The notes below the pieces were generated by a model. The model searched no databases, had not been told where the DNA came from, and worked only from the letters and a program-made list of their open reading frames with translations. From NCBI GenBank assembly GCA_965201135.1, contig OZ241751.1, positions 771,663 to 835,662 on the forward strand: a DNA stretch of 64,000 nucleotides, in the 5' to 3' direction. Positions 28,695 to 37,729 of this stretch are shown piece by piece. Both the position numbers and the translations under genes were made by a program. This DNA comes from Dehalococcoidia bacterium. GTDB lineage: Bacteria > Chloroflexota > Dehalococcoidia > Lucifugimonadales > Australimonadaceae. Position 1 is the stretch's first letter. Every line of letters begins with the position of its first letter.

Positions 28695-29957
28695 ATGGCG
28701 AGCAGGTTCGACGCGCTCCGGCATCGCGGCTTCCGTTTGTACTGGATCGGGTTCGTCGTGTCCGTGTCCGGGCAGCAGATGCAGTGGATGGCGGAAGGAT
28801 GGCTGATCTACGAATTGTCCGGGTCGGCGTTTCTGCTGGGAGTGAACGGCGCGGCGCAGTTCGTTCCGTCCACGGCGTTGACGCTGTTCGGCGGCGCGCT
28901 GGCCGACAAGTTCGATCAGCGGCGGCTGCTCATCGCGGCGCAAGCGCTCTATATCCTCGCGCTGGGGACGCTGGCCGCTCTGGGAATCCTCGGACTGCTG
29001 ACGGCGTGGCTCGTGATCGCGGGCGGATTCGTCCTATCGGCGATTGGCGCGTTCGAAGGGCCTGCGCGGCAGGCGATGTTTCCGCATCTCGCGCCCCGCG
29101 AGGCGATGCCGAGCGCAGTCGCGCTGAACGCGGCGATTCATCCGTCCACCCGCGTCTTCGCGCCGGTCGTCGGCGGGTTCGTGAGCGCCTACGCGCTCGA
29201 TTCCTCCGGATCCGCGAGCGTCGCCGGGGGCGTCGTGTTCGCGCTCACCGCGCTCGCGGTGGCCGTGTACGCGGCGATGCTCCTGCAAGTGCGTTTGCCC
29301 CCCGTCGTCCGGGCGCGAGGGCGAAGCGTGCTCGCCGATATGCGGGCGGCGCTGGGATACCTATGGCGGGAGCGAACGCTCGCCTTCCTGGTCGGGACGG
29401 CCTACTTCAATATGGCGTTCGGCGTATCGGTGAGCATCCTCTTCCCGGTGTTCGCGGAGGACATACTCGGCGTCGGCCCGGAGGGGCTGGGGCTGATGTG
29501 GGGCGCGACGGGCGTGGGGAGCGTAACCGGCGTGATCATCGCGTCGGGAATGACGCAGCCGCGCCAGCAGCGGACTCTTCTGACCGGCGGGCCCGCGGCG
29601 ATGGGCGCGTTTATGCTGGCGTTCGCGCTGTCCGACTTCTACTGGCTCTCGCTGGGGCTGCTGTTCGCGTTTGGAACGGGGGCGTCCGTGCTGAACGTCG
29701 GGGTTCAGACGAATATGCAGATGCTGGTCGCCAACGAGTTTCGCGGTCGCGTGATGGGGATATGGAGCATGGTGCACACCAGCGTGCGCCCCGTCGGCGA
29801 GTTGCAGTTCGGCGGCATGGCGGCGTTGCTGTCCGCGCCGTTCGCGGTCGCGGCGGGCGCCGGCGCCGTCTTGGCGTTCGCGCTCGGCTACGGCTGGCGC
29901 AGCGCCCAAATGCGCCGTCTGCGCGACTTGCGCGAGGAGGCCGACCGCAAGGAGTGA
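28695..29957 (+). CDS. MFS transporter (MFS_3/EntS-like)
   Basis: ALRHRGFRLYW, GGALADKFDQRRLL, EFRGRVMG; about 12 hydrophobic segments. Confidence 0.93.
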   Translation: MASRFDALRHRGFRLYWIGFVVSVSGQQMQWMAEGWLIYELSGSAFLLGVNGAAQFVPSTALTLFGGALADKFDQRRLLIAAQALYILALGTLAALGILGLLTAWLVIAGGFVLSAIGAFEGPARQAMFPHLAPREAMPSAVALNAAIHPSTRVFAPVVGGFVSAYALDSSGSASVAGGVVFALTALAVAVYAAMLLQVRLPPVVRARGRSVLADMRAALGYLWRERTLAFLVGTAYFNMAFGVSVSILFPVFAEDILGVGPEGLGLMWGATGVGSVTGVIIASGMTQPRQQRTLLTGGPAAMGAFMLAFALSDFYWLSLGLLFAFGTGASVLNVGVQTNMQMLVANEFRGRVMGIWSMVHTSVRPVGELQFGGMAALLSAPFAVAAGAGAVLAFALGYGWRSAQMRRLRDLREEADRKE

Positions 29958-30154
29958 GCGGCGGAGTCGGCGTTGCGGGGCTCGCCGCTGGGCGTAAGCG
30001 TTTGCGCCTTCGGAATAGCCTCGCCCCGCGACGCACGGGCGCTGATCGCCGCCGGCTGCGGAGCGCTCACGCTGGACGACCCGCGCCCCTCCTGTCTGGG
30101 GCTCCCGGCCGAGGTGCTCGCCAGCGTCTAGGCGCGGCGCCGCGCCCCTTGTCC

Positions 30155-30283
30155 CTAGCCCCGGCTGCCGCCGGTGGATGGATAGAGTTGCAGGTCTATC
30201 CCATTCGGGTCGTGGAAGTAGAGCGTACGCTGCCCCTGGCGCTCGGCGGAGCGCGCCTCGACGCCGAGCGCCTTCATCCTGCG
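30155..30283 (-). pseudogene. 3' remnant of a VOC/glyoxalase family gene
   Basis: RRMKALGVE...QRTLYFHDPNGIDLQL; in-frame stop immediately upstream. Confidence 0.6.
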
Positions 30284-30830
30284 CTACGGCGCGCACGAAG
30301 CGGAGCGCGGCGACGTTCGGGCGTCCTGCTTCACGATGGATATGAACGCGGTCTTTCAGGAGTTCGTCACCGCCGCGCTGCGGGAGAAGTTGGAACTGTC
30401 CAACGGCGCGTTCGGGGAGCGCTGGGTTAACTCATTGGACGTGGATGGGAAGATAGGGCTGGAGCCCGACCTCGTGTGGCGAGAGGGTGGGCGCTGCGTG
30501 TTCGTGGGCGACGCCAAGTACAAGCGCATTCCGAACCGCGAGCATGGCGAGCGCGACGACCGCGCCCCGAACGCCGAGCGCGCTTCGAACGCCGACCTCT
30601 ACCAGATCCTCGCCTACGCGACGGCGCTCGATCTGCCAGGCGGCATGCTGACCTACGCCAAAGACGACCAGAGCGAAGCGAACGAGACGACCTACACGGT
30701 TCGGCACGCGGGCAAGCGCCTGCAAGTGGCCGCGCTCGATCTGTCGGACGCGCTAGACAACGTCTTGACGCGCGTCGGGGCGATTGCCGAGGACGCGCGG
30801 GCGTTGCGGGCGCGACGGCGCGCGGCGTGA
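30273..30830 (+). pseudogene. mcrC: McrC-family nuclease, C-terminal fragment
   Basis: ILR..GDVRASCFTMDMNAVFQEFV, LEPDLVW, VGDAKYK (PD-(D/E)xK), ADLYQILAYA; the N-terminal half is missing. Confidence 0.85.
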
Positions 30831-30867
30831 CGGGGCGGGATTCCCGCCTACGCGCCGTCGCCGCGCC

Positions 30868-31154
30868 CTTACCCCGGCAAGGCCGCAAGCCCCGAATACG
30901 CGGAAGGCGTCGAAGTTCGCCGCGTCGGAGCAACGGAGAGATCAAGTGGGCGTGGAGCGTGTGTTCGTCAGCGAAGCGCTGATTGGCGAGCCGGTGGGGC
31001 TCGTCCGGCACGACGACCGGCTTTGGACGGTCCGGTTCGGCCATTTGGAGATTGGGCGGTTGGACGGCTACGCCTTGCGTATAATCAAGATGCCCGTCAG
31101 GGCGTTACCCACCGTATCCGGGCTAGCGTTACCGAAATGTCTCCGGTCGGACAC
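30868..31154 (+). mobile_element. degenerate 3' end of an IS481-family element
   Basis: Frameshifted PEY..GVEVRRV..NGEIKW..VFVSEALIGEPVGL...WTVRFGHLEIG, then repeated GTTACC..GT(A/C)TCCGG motifs ending in ACA. Confidence 0.65.
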
Positions 31155-31238
31155 GGCGCTGCGGGCGCGGGAATGACGACGCTGGGGGCGGAGGAATGAC
31201 GGAAGGAACGCCGGAGCGATGAGAGGAGCAGAGGGACG

Positions 31239-31928
31239 ATGACGATTCCCGCAGGGCGGAGCCCGCGAGCGGAGTTCGACCGCGACTTGCGGCGGCTGCA
31301 GGACGAGTTGCTCGCGCTGGGGAGCATGGCGGAGAAGGCGGTCGCCAAGGCGGTGGAGGCGCTCCGGACGCGCGACCTCGCGCTGTCGCAGCAGGTCGTC
31401 CGCGAGGACGACGCGATAGACAAGAAGCGGGCGGAGTTGGAGGAGCAGGCGGTCGAACTCATCGCTGTCCAGCAGCCGGTCGCGTCCGACCTGCGGATGC
31501 TGATCGCCGCGCTGCATGTCTCAATGGAGTTGGAGCGCATCGGCGACTACGCGGAGGGCATCGGGAAGATCAGCCTGATGATGGGCGATCAGCCGCCGAT
31601 CAAGCCCCTCGTGGACATTCCTCGCATGGCGGAGAAGGCGACGGCGATGCTGCGCGCCTCGCTCGACTCGCTGGTCAACCACGACATCGACCGGGCGTAT
31701 CAGGTGCTGGCGGACGACGACGAGGTGGACGCGCTCTACGATCAGGTCTACCGCGAGTTGCTGCTGCTTATGGCGCAGGATCCGAAGATTATCGAGCGCG
31801 GAACGTATCTGCTGTGGACGGCGCACGACTTGGAGCGGATCGCCGACCGAGCGACGAACATCGCGGAGCAAGTGGTGTACCTCGTTAGCGGCCGGCACGT
31901 TGACCCGGGCCGCGTTTCGAAGTACTAG
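31239..31928 (+). CDS. phoU: phosphate signalling protein PhoU
   Basis: QQPVASDLR, ELERIGDYA, DDEVDALY, LERIADRATNIAE. Confidence 0.96.
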   Translation: MTIPAGRSPRAEFDRDLRRLQDELLALGSMAEKAVAKAVEALRTRDLALSQQVVREDDAIDKKRAELEEQAVELIAVQQPVASDLRMLIAALHVSMELERIGDYAEGIGKISLMMGDQPPIKPLVDIPRMAEKATAMLRASLDSLVNHDIDRAYQVLADDDEVDALYDQVYRELLLLMAQDPKIIERGTYLLWTAHDLERIADRATNIAEQVVYLVSGRHVDPGRVSKY

Positions 31929-32023
31929 CGCCGACTGCGCCGGGGGCCGATGCGCGACGCGCCCTACCCTACCCGCCCGGCGCGCCGGCGCTTGCGGCAG
32001 GAAGCGCAAGGCATGCGAGACCG

Positions 32024-33007
32024 ATGACGGCGGACGGCTCGCGCGGCCCCGGGCCGGCGGCGCGGACGGTCGCCGTCACCGGGGCGTCCGGCTACTTGGG
32101 CGAGTTGCTCGTCCGGCGGCTGCTCGCGGAGCCCGGCGTCGAGCGCGTCACCGGCGTGGACGTTCGCCCCGCCGCCGTCATGGACGAGCGGTACGCGCAC
32201 TTCCGGCAGGACGTTTGCGACCCGCTCGACGAGGCGCTCGCGGGCGCGGACGCGATGGCGCACCTGGCGTTTCTGATGCGGCAGCCGCGCGACAGGTCGG
32301 AGGGCAGGCGCGTCAACGTTCAGGGAGCGCGGAACGCGGCGCGGGCATGCGCGAAGGCAGGCGTTCGCCGCGCCGCGCTGATGTCGAGCGCGACGGTCTA
32401 CGGCGCATGGCCGGACAATCCGCCGCTGTTGACGGAGGACGCCCCCGCGCGCCCGAACCCCGGCTTCGCCTACGCGGAGGACAAGGCGGAGGCGGAGGCG
32501 GCGTTCCGAGCGCTCGCGGCGGAGCGCCCCGGCGTTCGCGTCTCTATCCTGCGCGCGTGCGTCGTGATGGGGCCGAACGCCGACAACTTCGTAACCGACG
32601 CGCTCGCCAAGCCCTTCCTCATCGCCGTTCGCGGCGCCGACCCGCCGATGCAGTTCATTCACGAGGACGACCTCGTCGCGCTGCTCGTTCGCGTTCTGAT
32701 GGAGGATCATCCGGGCGTCTTCAACGCAGCGGGGTCTGGGAGCGTTCGCTGGCGCGAGGCCGCCGCGCTCGCGGGAAGGCGCGTCGTCACGGTGCCCGCT
32801 CCGCTCGCCGCCGGCCTCACGGATCTCGCGTGGCGGACGCGCCTGCAAAGCGACGCTCCCGCCGCGGGGCTGGCGCTCATCCGATGGCCGTGGATGGTCA
32901 GCGCGGAGCGCGCCGCAACTGAGGTCGGCCATCGGTTCGCCTATTCGTCGCGCGACGCGCTGCTGGCGTATTTGGGGAGGAGGCGGCGCAGCCGCGGGGC
33001 GGGGTAG
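32024..33007 (+). CDS. NAD-dependent epimerase/dehydratase family protein
   Basis: VTGASGYLG, SSATVYG, YAEDK (YxxxK), QFIHEDD. Confidence 0.92.
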   Translation: MTADGSRGPGPAARTVAVTGASGYLGELLVRRLLAEPGVERVTGVDVRPAAVMDERYAHFRQDVCDPLDEALAGADAMAHLAFLMRQPRDRSEGRRVNVQGARNAARACAKAGVRRAALMSSATVYGAWPDNPPLLTEDAPARPNPGFAYAEDKAEAEAAFRALAAERPGVRVSILRACVVMGPNADNFVTDALAKPFLIAVRGADPPMQFIHEDDLVALLVRVLMEDHPGVFNAAGSGSVRWREAAALAGRRVVTVPAPLAAGLTDLAWRTRLQSDAPAAGLALIRWPWMVSAERAATEVGHRFAYSSRDALLAYLGRRRRSRGAG

Positions 33008-33049
33008 GTTCCCGCTTTCGCGGGAATGACGTTTGGGGTTGGATAACTA

Positions 33050-33130
33050 TGCCGCGTATAATCAAGACCCCCGTCAGCGTGTTACCCATCGTATCCGGGC
33101 TAGCGTTATCCTTGTCTCCGGTCGTTCACG
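33050..33130 (+). mobile_element. second IS481-like right-end remnant
   Basis: Near copy of 31076-31150 (GCGTATAATCAAGA..CCCGTCAG..GTTACCCA.CGTATCCGGGCTAGCGTTA..TGTCTCCGGTCG), flanked by repeats. Confidence 0.6.
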
Positions 33131-33183
33131 AATTCGGCGGGAGAGGGTACTGGGGGACGAGGCGCTGCGCGTCCCCTCCCCCG

Positions 33184-33489
33184 TCACGCCCCCAGCACGG
33201 CCTGCCGCAGCGCCGAGTTCGCCCGCGCCTGCCAGCCGGGGCCGTCCTCTCGCAGGCGCGACACGACGTCGGCGTAGAGGCGGAGCGTCACGCGCGTCTT
33301 GCCGACGGCCCGGCGGCGCTCCTGCTCTCGCGCTAGCCGCCTCGCGTGCGCGAACTCCATCGCAGGACGCATCCGGGCGAAATCCTCGTCCGTCAACTCC
33401 GGGTTGTCCGGGTCGAGGGCGATGCCCGCGTTTATCGCCGCGTTTTCCTCAGGCGTAGGGCTGATGTGCCCCGGCTTAAGAGGAGGCAC
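33184..33489 (-). CDS. brnA: BrnA family antitoxin
   Basis: DPDNPELTDEDFARMRP, KTRVTLRL.ADVV..LR..GPGWQARANSALR. Confidence 0.9.
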   Translation of the reverse strand: MPPLKPGHISPTPEENAAINAGIALDPDNPELTDEDFARMRPAMEFAHARRLAREQERRRAVGKTRVTLRLYADVVSRLREDGPGWQARANSALRQAVLGA

Positions 33490-33729
33490 AGCGGTTCTCC
33501 TCCTTCAAGTTGGATTTTGCGAATGCTGATGATCCGCGTGTTCCCCATGCGCTCAGTGTACACGACCGTGTGCAGACGGTGGCCAATGTAACCGAGCGCG
33601 CGGAATCGCAGCTCGCTATGCCGGTCGTCCGGCTCTATGATCGCCCCGCTCCACTGGAAGCGCTCTATCTCATCGAAGTCTATGCCGTGCTTGGCGATAT
33701 TCCCGCCGCTCGTCCCGCTCGTAAGGCAT
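33476..33729 (-). pseudogene. brnT: BrnT family toxin with two frameshifts
   Basis: MPYERDE / NIAKHGIDF...ELRFRALGYIGHRLHTVVYTER..RIISIRK / SNLKEENR segments separated by frameshifts. Confidence 0.85.
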
Positions 33730-33789
33730 ACGTCTAGATTAGCCCCGCAAGCGCCGCGCCGTCAACCGGCGCCTATCGCGCCATCCCCG

Positions 33790-34980
33790 TCACCTCCGCG
33801 TAGGCGAGAATCCCCGCCTCCCCGACGCCGCGTACAGCAGCGGGGTGAGCAGCGCCGTTCCGGACAGCGCCGCGCCCAAGACCGCGACCGACGCGGACAA
33901 ATTCGTCGCGTCGGCGAGCGGGCCGAACACGAGCGGGCCCAGCATCTGGCCAGCCGCCCAGTAAATGCCCACGACCGCCATAAAGACGCCCCGCTGCTCC
34001 GGAGCGCTCGCCATCGCCGTGAGGCTCACGTTCAGCACGCGCCCCGCGTTGAACGCGAGGCCGAGCGCGAACATCGCCGCGAGCGCGCCGGAGTACGCGC
34101 CGCCCCACGCGGCGACGGCGAGCAGCAGCAAGCCGTGCGCCCCCATCGTAAGCGCGTAGGTTGGACGCTGTCCGGCGCGCCCCAAAAAGCGGGCGAACGC
34201 GAATCCGGCGATGATGGCGCCGAACGCGTGAACCGCCAGCAGCAGGCCGACGGCGTCGTCATCGAAGCCGCGCTCCTTGAAGAGCGCCGCGCCCACCGAC
34301 GCGAGCGCCGAAATCTGCAGCGACGTCGCAAGCGCCATCACGGCGGGCAGCATCGTCTCCCGCTTGCGGAACACGCCGGGAACCGGCGCGAGGATCTCCC
34401 GCAGCGTCAGCGCGGCGCGGCGCGGCAGTTGCGGCATCACGGCGACGACGCCCATCGCCGCGACCGAGATGCCCGCCGCAAACAGAAAGCCGTTCGCGTA
34501 GCCGAGCGCGACGGCGGCCAGCCCGCCTCCGAAGTTGCCGGCCACTCCGCCCACCGCCGCGAAGCCGAAGAATCGCCCCACCAACGCCGTCGTCCGCGAC
34601 TCGTCTATGCGGCTCCCGTAGGATTGCGCCGACGTCCAATAGATGGCGCGCGAACCCCCGAACATCGCCTGCGCGAATAGGAGCGACGCCAGCGACGAGG
34701 AGAGCGCGAGCGCGAGCGACCCCAGCGCGATCGACGCGAAACTCGCCTGAATCACCCACCGCTCGCCGACGCGGTCGGAGAGGACGCCCCCAAACAGGCG
34801 CAGCGCGACCTGAAAGAGCCCCTGCCCCGCGATGATCAGCCCTAGCCACGCGGGGTTGTACCCGAGCGCGATGATCTGCAGCGGAACGAGAACGATGATT
34901 CCGCCGAGCGCGACGCTGTACGCGGTCGTGTGAAAGTAGAGGCCGGCCTCGGCGGCGCCGGCGCGGAAAACGGAGTGCAT
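33790..34980 (-). CDS. MFS transporter
   Basis: GVLSDRVGER motif A, EQRGVFM, multiple TM segments. Confidence 0.9.
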   Translation of the reverse strand: MHSVFRAGAAEAGLYFHTTAYSVALGGIIVLVPLQIIALGYNPAWLGLIIAGQGLFQVALRLFGGVLSDRVGERWVIQASFASIALGSLALALSSSLASLLFAQAMFGGSRAIYWTSAQSYGSRIDESRTTALVGRFFGFAAVGGVAGNFGGGLAAVALGYANGFLFAAGISVAAMGVVAVMPQLPRRAALTLREILAPVPGVFRKRETMLPAVMALATSLQISALASVGAALFKERGFDDDAVGLLLAVHAFGAIIAGFAFARFLGRAGQRPTYALTMGAHGLLLLAVAAWGGAYSGALAAMFALGLAFNAGRVLNVSLTAMASAPEQRGVFMAVVGIYWAAGQMLGPLVFGPLADATNLSASVAVLGAALSGTALLTPLLYAASGRRGFSPTRR

Positions 34981-35402
34981 CGCCTCCGTATGCTACCAGC
35001 GCCGCGCATCCCTCACGGACTCGGGCTCGCGCCCGCCGTGCAGACCTCCCCGCTACCGCGAACGTTCACGCGCGCCCGCAGCCGGACGCGCTCGTCCGCG
35101 AGGTCGCCGCGCGTCGGAACGTAGCGGAAGGCGTCGCCCGCCGTCGTCGTCGCCGCTTCCCCATGCGGCGGAAGACGACGAGCACAGCCCCCGGCGTCAT
35201 TCCGTCGCCATCTCCTATGACCTGATGAATAACCTGCAAGGGGCGCGTCGGCCGGGTCCAGGGGCGCGCAAGCGCCATAGACGTGGCGTTAGCCCCGTCT
35301 CCCCAATCCCCCGCCGACCGCCCGGTTGCGGTACAATTCGCCCGATATGGCGATCCCTAGCGCTTCTCCGACGCGCGCCGTTCGCAGGAGGCGCCGCCCG
35401 CT

Positions 35403-37628
35403 ATGCAGGTAGCGTGCGCCGCCTGCGGGGCGCTGAATCCGACCTCGCATCGTTACTGCACGCAGTGCGGCGCGCCGATGGCTCCGCAGACGAGCCGGGC
35501 CGACGGCGCCGCTCTTTCGCACCCTCTTGGGCATGAGGGCGCTGGGCGAGGTGTCCAAGAGAGTACTGGGCGAGGCGCCCAAGAGGGCGTTGGGCGCGCG
35601 CCGCGGCGCGACGGCGGCCGCGCTCCTTTGCGGATGCCGTCGCTTTCGCCGCCGCCGGCGGCGCGCGAGTGGGCGAACCGCCTCGCGGAGTCGGCGGCGC
35701 GGGGGCGCGAGCGCGTCTTGGGCGCCGTCGCCCCCGCCCAGTTGCTGATAAGCGGCGCCGCGCTGGTGACGCTCGCTCAATTCACGTTTTTGAGCCCGGA
35801 CTTCAATCAGGCCGACCCTCCGGCGTTTGGGCGCCTCGCGCTGATCGCCGGGATGCTCGCCTTCGCGCTAGGCAGTTTCCTGTTCCTGCGCGAGCGCGGC
35901 GGAGGCGGCGCGGCGGACGGCGGCGCTCCTCTCGCGCCCTCGGAACGGCGCGGCGATCTGAGGCGGTGGGCTTGGGGCGCGGGCGCCGCCTTCGCGCTCT
36001 ACCTCGCGTTCCGGCTGCTCCGCGGCTCGACCGCCGGAAGCGACATGCTGCCTTGGCTGGCGGCCATCGCCGCGTTCGCCGTCCCGCTGCTGCCCCGCGA
36101 CGCCCTGGCGAGAGCGTCCGCCGCGCTCCGGGCGATCCGGACCGACGCGCTGATCGCAGGGGGCATTGCGGCGGTCTTCATCGCGCTGAACGCCCGCGAC
36201 ATCAACCACTGGCATTACTCCTACATCGGCGACGAGTTCGAGTTCTGGAACTTCGCTAGGAACATCAATCTCTACGGGCTCACCCGCCCCTTCAGTCAGG
36301 ACGGCGTGTACGGGTTCAACCCGGTGATGAGCCTCGCGGGCAAGGCCGCGGTGATGCGCGTGTTCGGCAACGACCACTTCGGCGCGACGCTGTCGTCGGT
36401 TCTGACGGCGGCGGCGGCCATTCCCGGCGTCTACCTCGCGGCCTACCTGGCGGGGCGCGGGCGGACGGCGGCCATCGCGGGGGCGTCGCTCTTCGCGTTC
36501 TCCCACTACCTCTTCGCGCTCTCGCACATCTCCTACAACAACCTCGACGCGCTGCTTCCGATGTCCTACGCGGCGGGGTTCTTCCTGCTGGGCGTCCGCC
36601 GAAACAGCCCGCTGTGGTTTTACGCGGCGGGAGCGGCGGCGGGAATGGGCTTCTACACGCACTTGGCGGCGCGGGCGACGATGCCCATCCTCATCGTCGC
36701 GCTCGCGCTCTCTCCCAGCCTCATTGGGCGGTCGCGCGCCGTCTGGCTTGGCTTCGCGGCCGCGGCGTTTCCCGCGTTCATCGTCAACGGCGCGCAGGCG
36801 CTCGGATGGCTGTTCCCGCAACTCGCCGGAGGCTATTCGGAGGCGATCAGCGGCCCGTTCCTCGACCGCGTGACGGAGAACGTCCGCAATCTGTTCGCGT
36901 TCCACTACAACATTCACCGGTCGCACTACGTGACGAGTTCGCTGATGGACTCCCTGAGCGGGGGCGTCGCGGCGCTCGGCGTCGGCTACGCGCTCGGAAC
37001 GCTGCGCGAGCATTCCTCGCGGCTCCTTCTCGTGTGGCTCGCCGCTTTGTTCGTGTTCGCGGGGCTGCTTTCGCCGCATCCGCACGTGCCGAACACCCGA
37101 ATGTTCCTCTTGCTGCCGCCGCTCGCCATTGCCGGAGGCGTCGTCGTCGGACGCTACGCCTGGGCCGCGGCGGCGCGCCTCGTTCCCGGACGCGCGAGCG
37201 AGCGAGCCGCGTGGGCGCTTGTCGGCGCGCTGATCCTGACGGCGTTCGCGCTGAACGCGAGGCAGTTCTGGGTCGCGTCGCCGCCGCTGACGCCGCTCAC
37301 GAACGAGGCCATCGCAACCGGCGCGTGGCGAGACTATTGCGAATCGGACTTGACCGCGACGGTGTTCCTCGCGCCGAATATGCATATGCTGGCGCTGCGC
37401 CGGTACGACCCGGATGGCCCGGAAGTCCGCATCTTGCTCGCGTCCGACGTCGAGGCAGGCGCGCCGCTTCCCGCGCCGGAGGCGTTGCGCTGCGTGATCG
37501 CCGCGCCCGCCGGCGCCCCGGAGATCCGCGCTCTCGAGGACGACCTGCGCGAGCGCTACCCCGGCGTCGAGCCGCTGACCGTCGCCCGATACAACGGCGA
37601 GGCGACGGTCTATCGCTTCCCGAATTAG
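35403..37628 (+). CDS. GT-C membrane glycosyltransferase (ArnT/PMT_2-like) with N-terminal zinc ribbon
   Basis: CAACGALN....YCTQCG ribbon; many TM segments; YIGDE loop motif; AGAAAGMGFYTH. Confidence 0.8.
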   Translation: MQVACAACGALNPTSHRYCTQCGAPMAPQTSRADGAALSHPLGHEGAGRGVQESTGRGAQEGVGRAPRRDGGRAPLRMPSLSPPPAAREWANRLAESAARGRERVLGAVAPAQLLISGAALVTLAQFTFLSPDFNQADPPAFGRLALIAGMLAFALGSFLFLRERGGGGAADGGAPLAPSERRGDLRRWAWGAGAAFALYLAFRLLRGSTAGSDMLPWLAAIAAFAVPLLPRDALARASAALRAIRTDALIAGGIAAVFIALNARDINHWHYSYIGDEFEFWNFARNINLYGLTRPFSQDGVYGFNPVMSLAGKAAVMRVFGNDHFGATLSSVLTAAAAIPGVYLAAYLAGRGRTAAIAGASLFAFSHYLFALSHISYNNLDALLPMSYAAGFFLLGVRRNSPLWFYAAGAAAGMGFYTHLAARATMPILIVALALSPSLIGRSRAVWLGFAAAAFPAFIVNGAQALGWLFPQLAGGYSEAISGPFLDRVTENVRNLFAFHYNIHRSHYVTSSLMDSLSGGVAALGVGYALGTLREHSSRLLLVWLAALFVFAGLLSPHPHVPNTRMFLLLPPLAIAGGVVVGRYAWAAAARLVPGRASERAAWALVGALILTAFALNARQFWVASPPLTPLTNEAIATGAWRDYCESDLTATVFLAPNMHMLALRRYDPDGPEVRILLASDVEAGAPLPAPEALRCVIAAPAGAPEIRALEDDLRERYPGVEPLTVARYNGEATVYRFPN

Positions 37629-37729
37629 GGGAAGCGGGCGCTGGCGCGGGCAGGGCTGGACAATGCGGCGTGGGACGGCAAGCGGGAACCTGCCGCCCCC
37701 CCTGCCCGCCCTGATGGTATGCTACCCCT

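Noticed and set aside
35010..35280. Possible gene fragment upstream of the MFS gene
   Set aside because: Short broken frames with no recognisable motif; no call can be supported.
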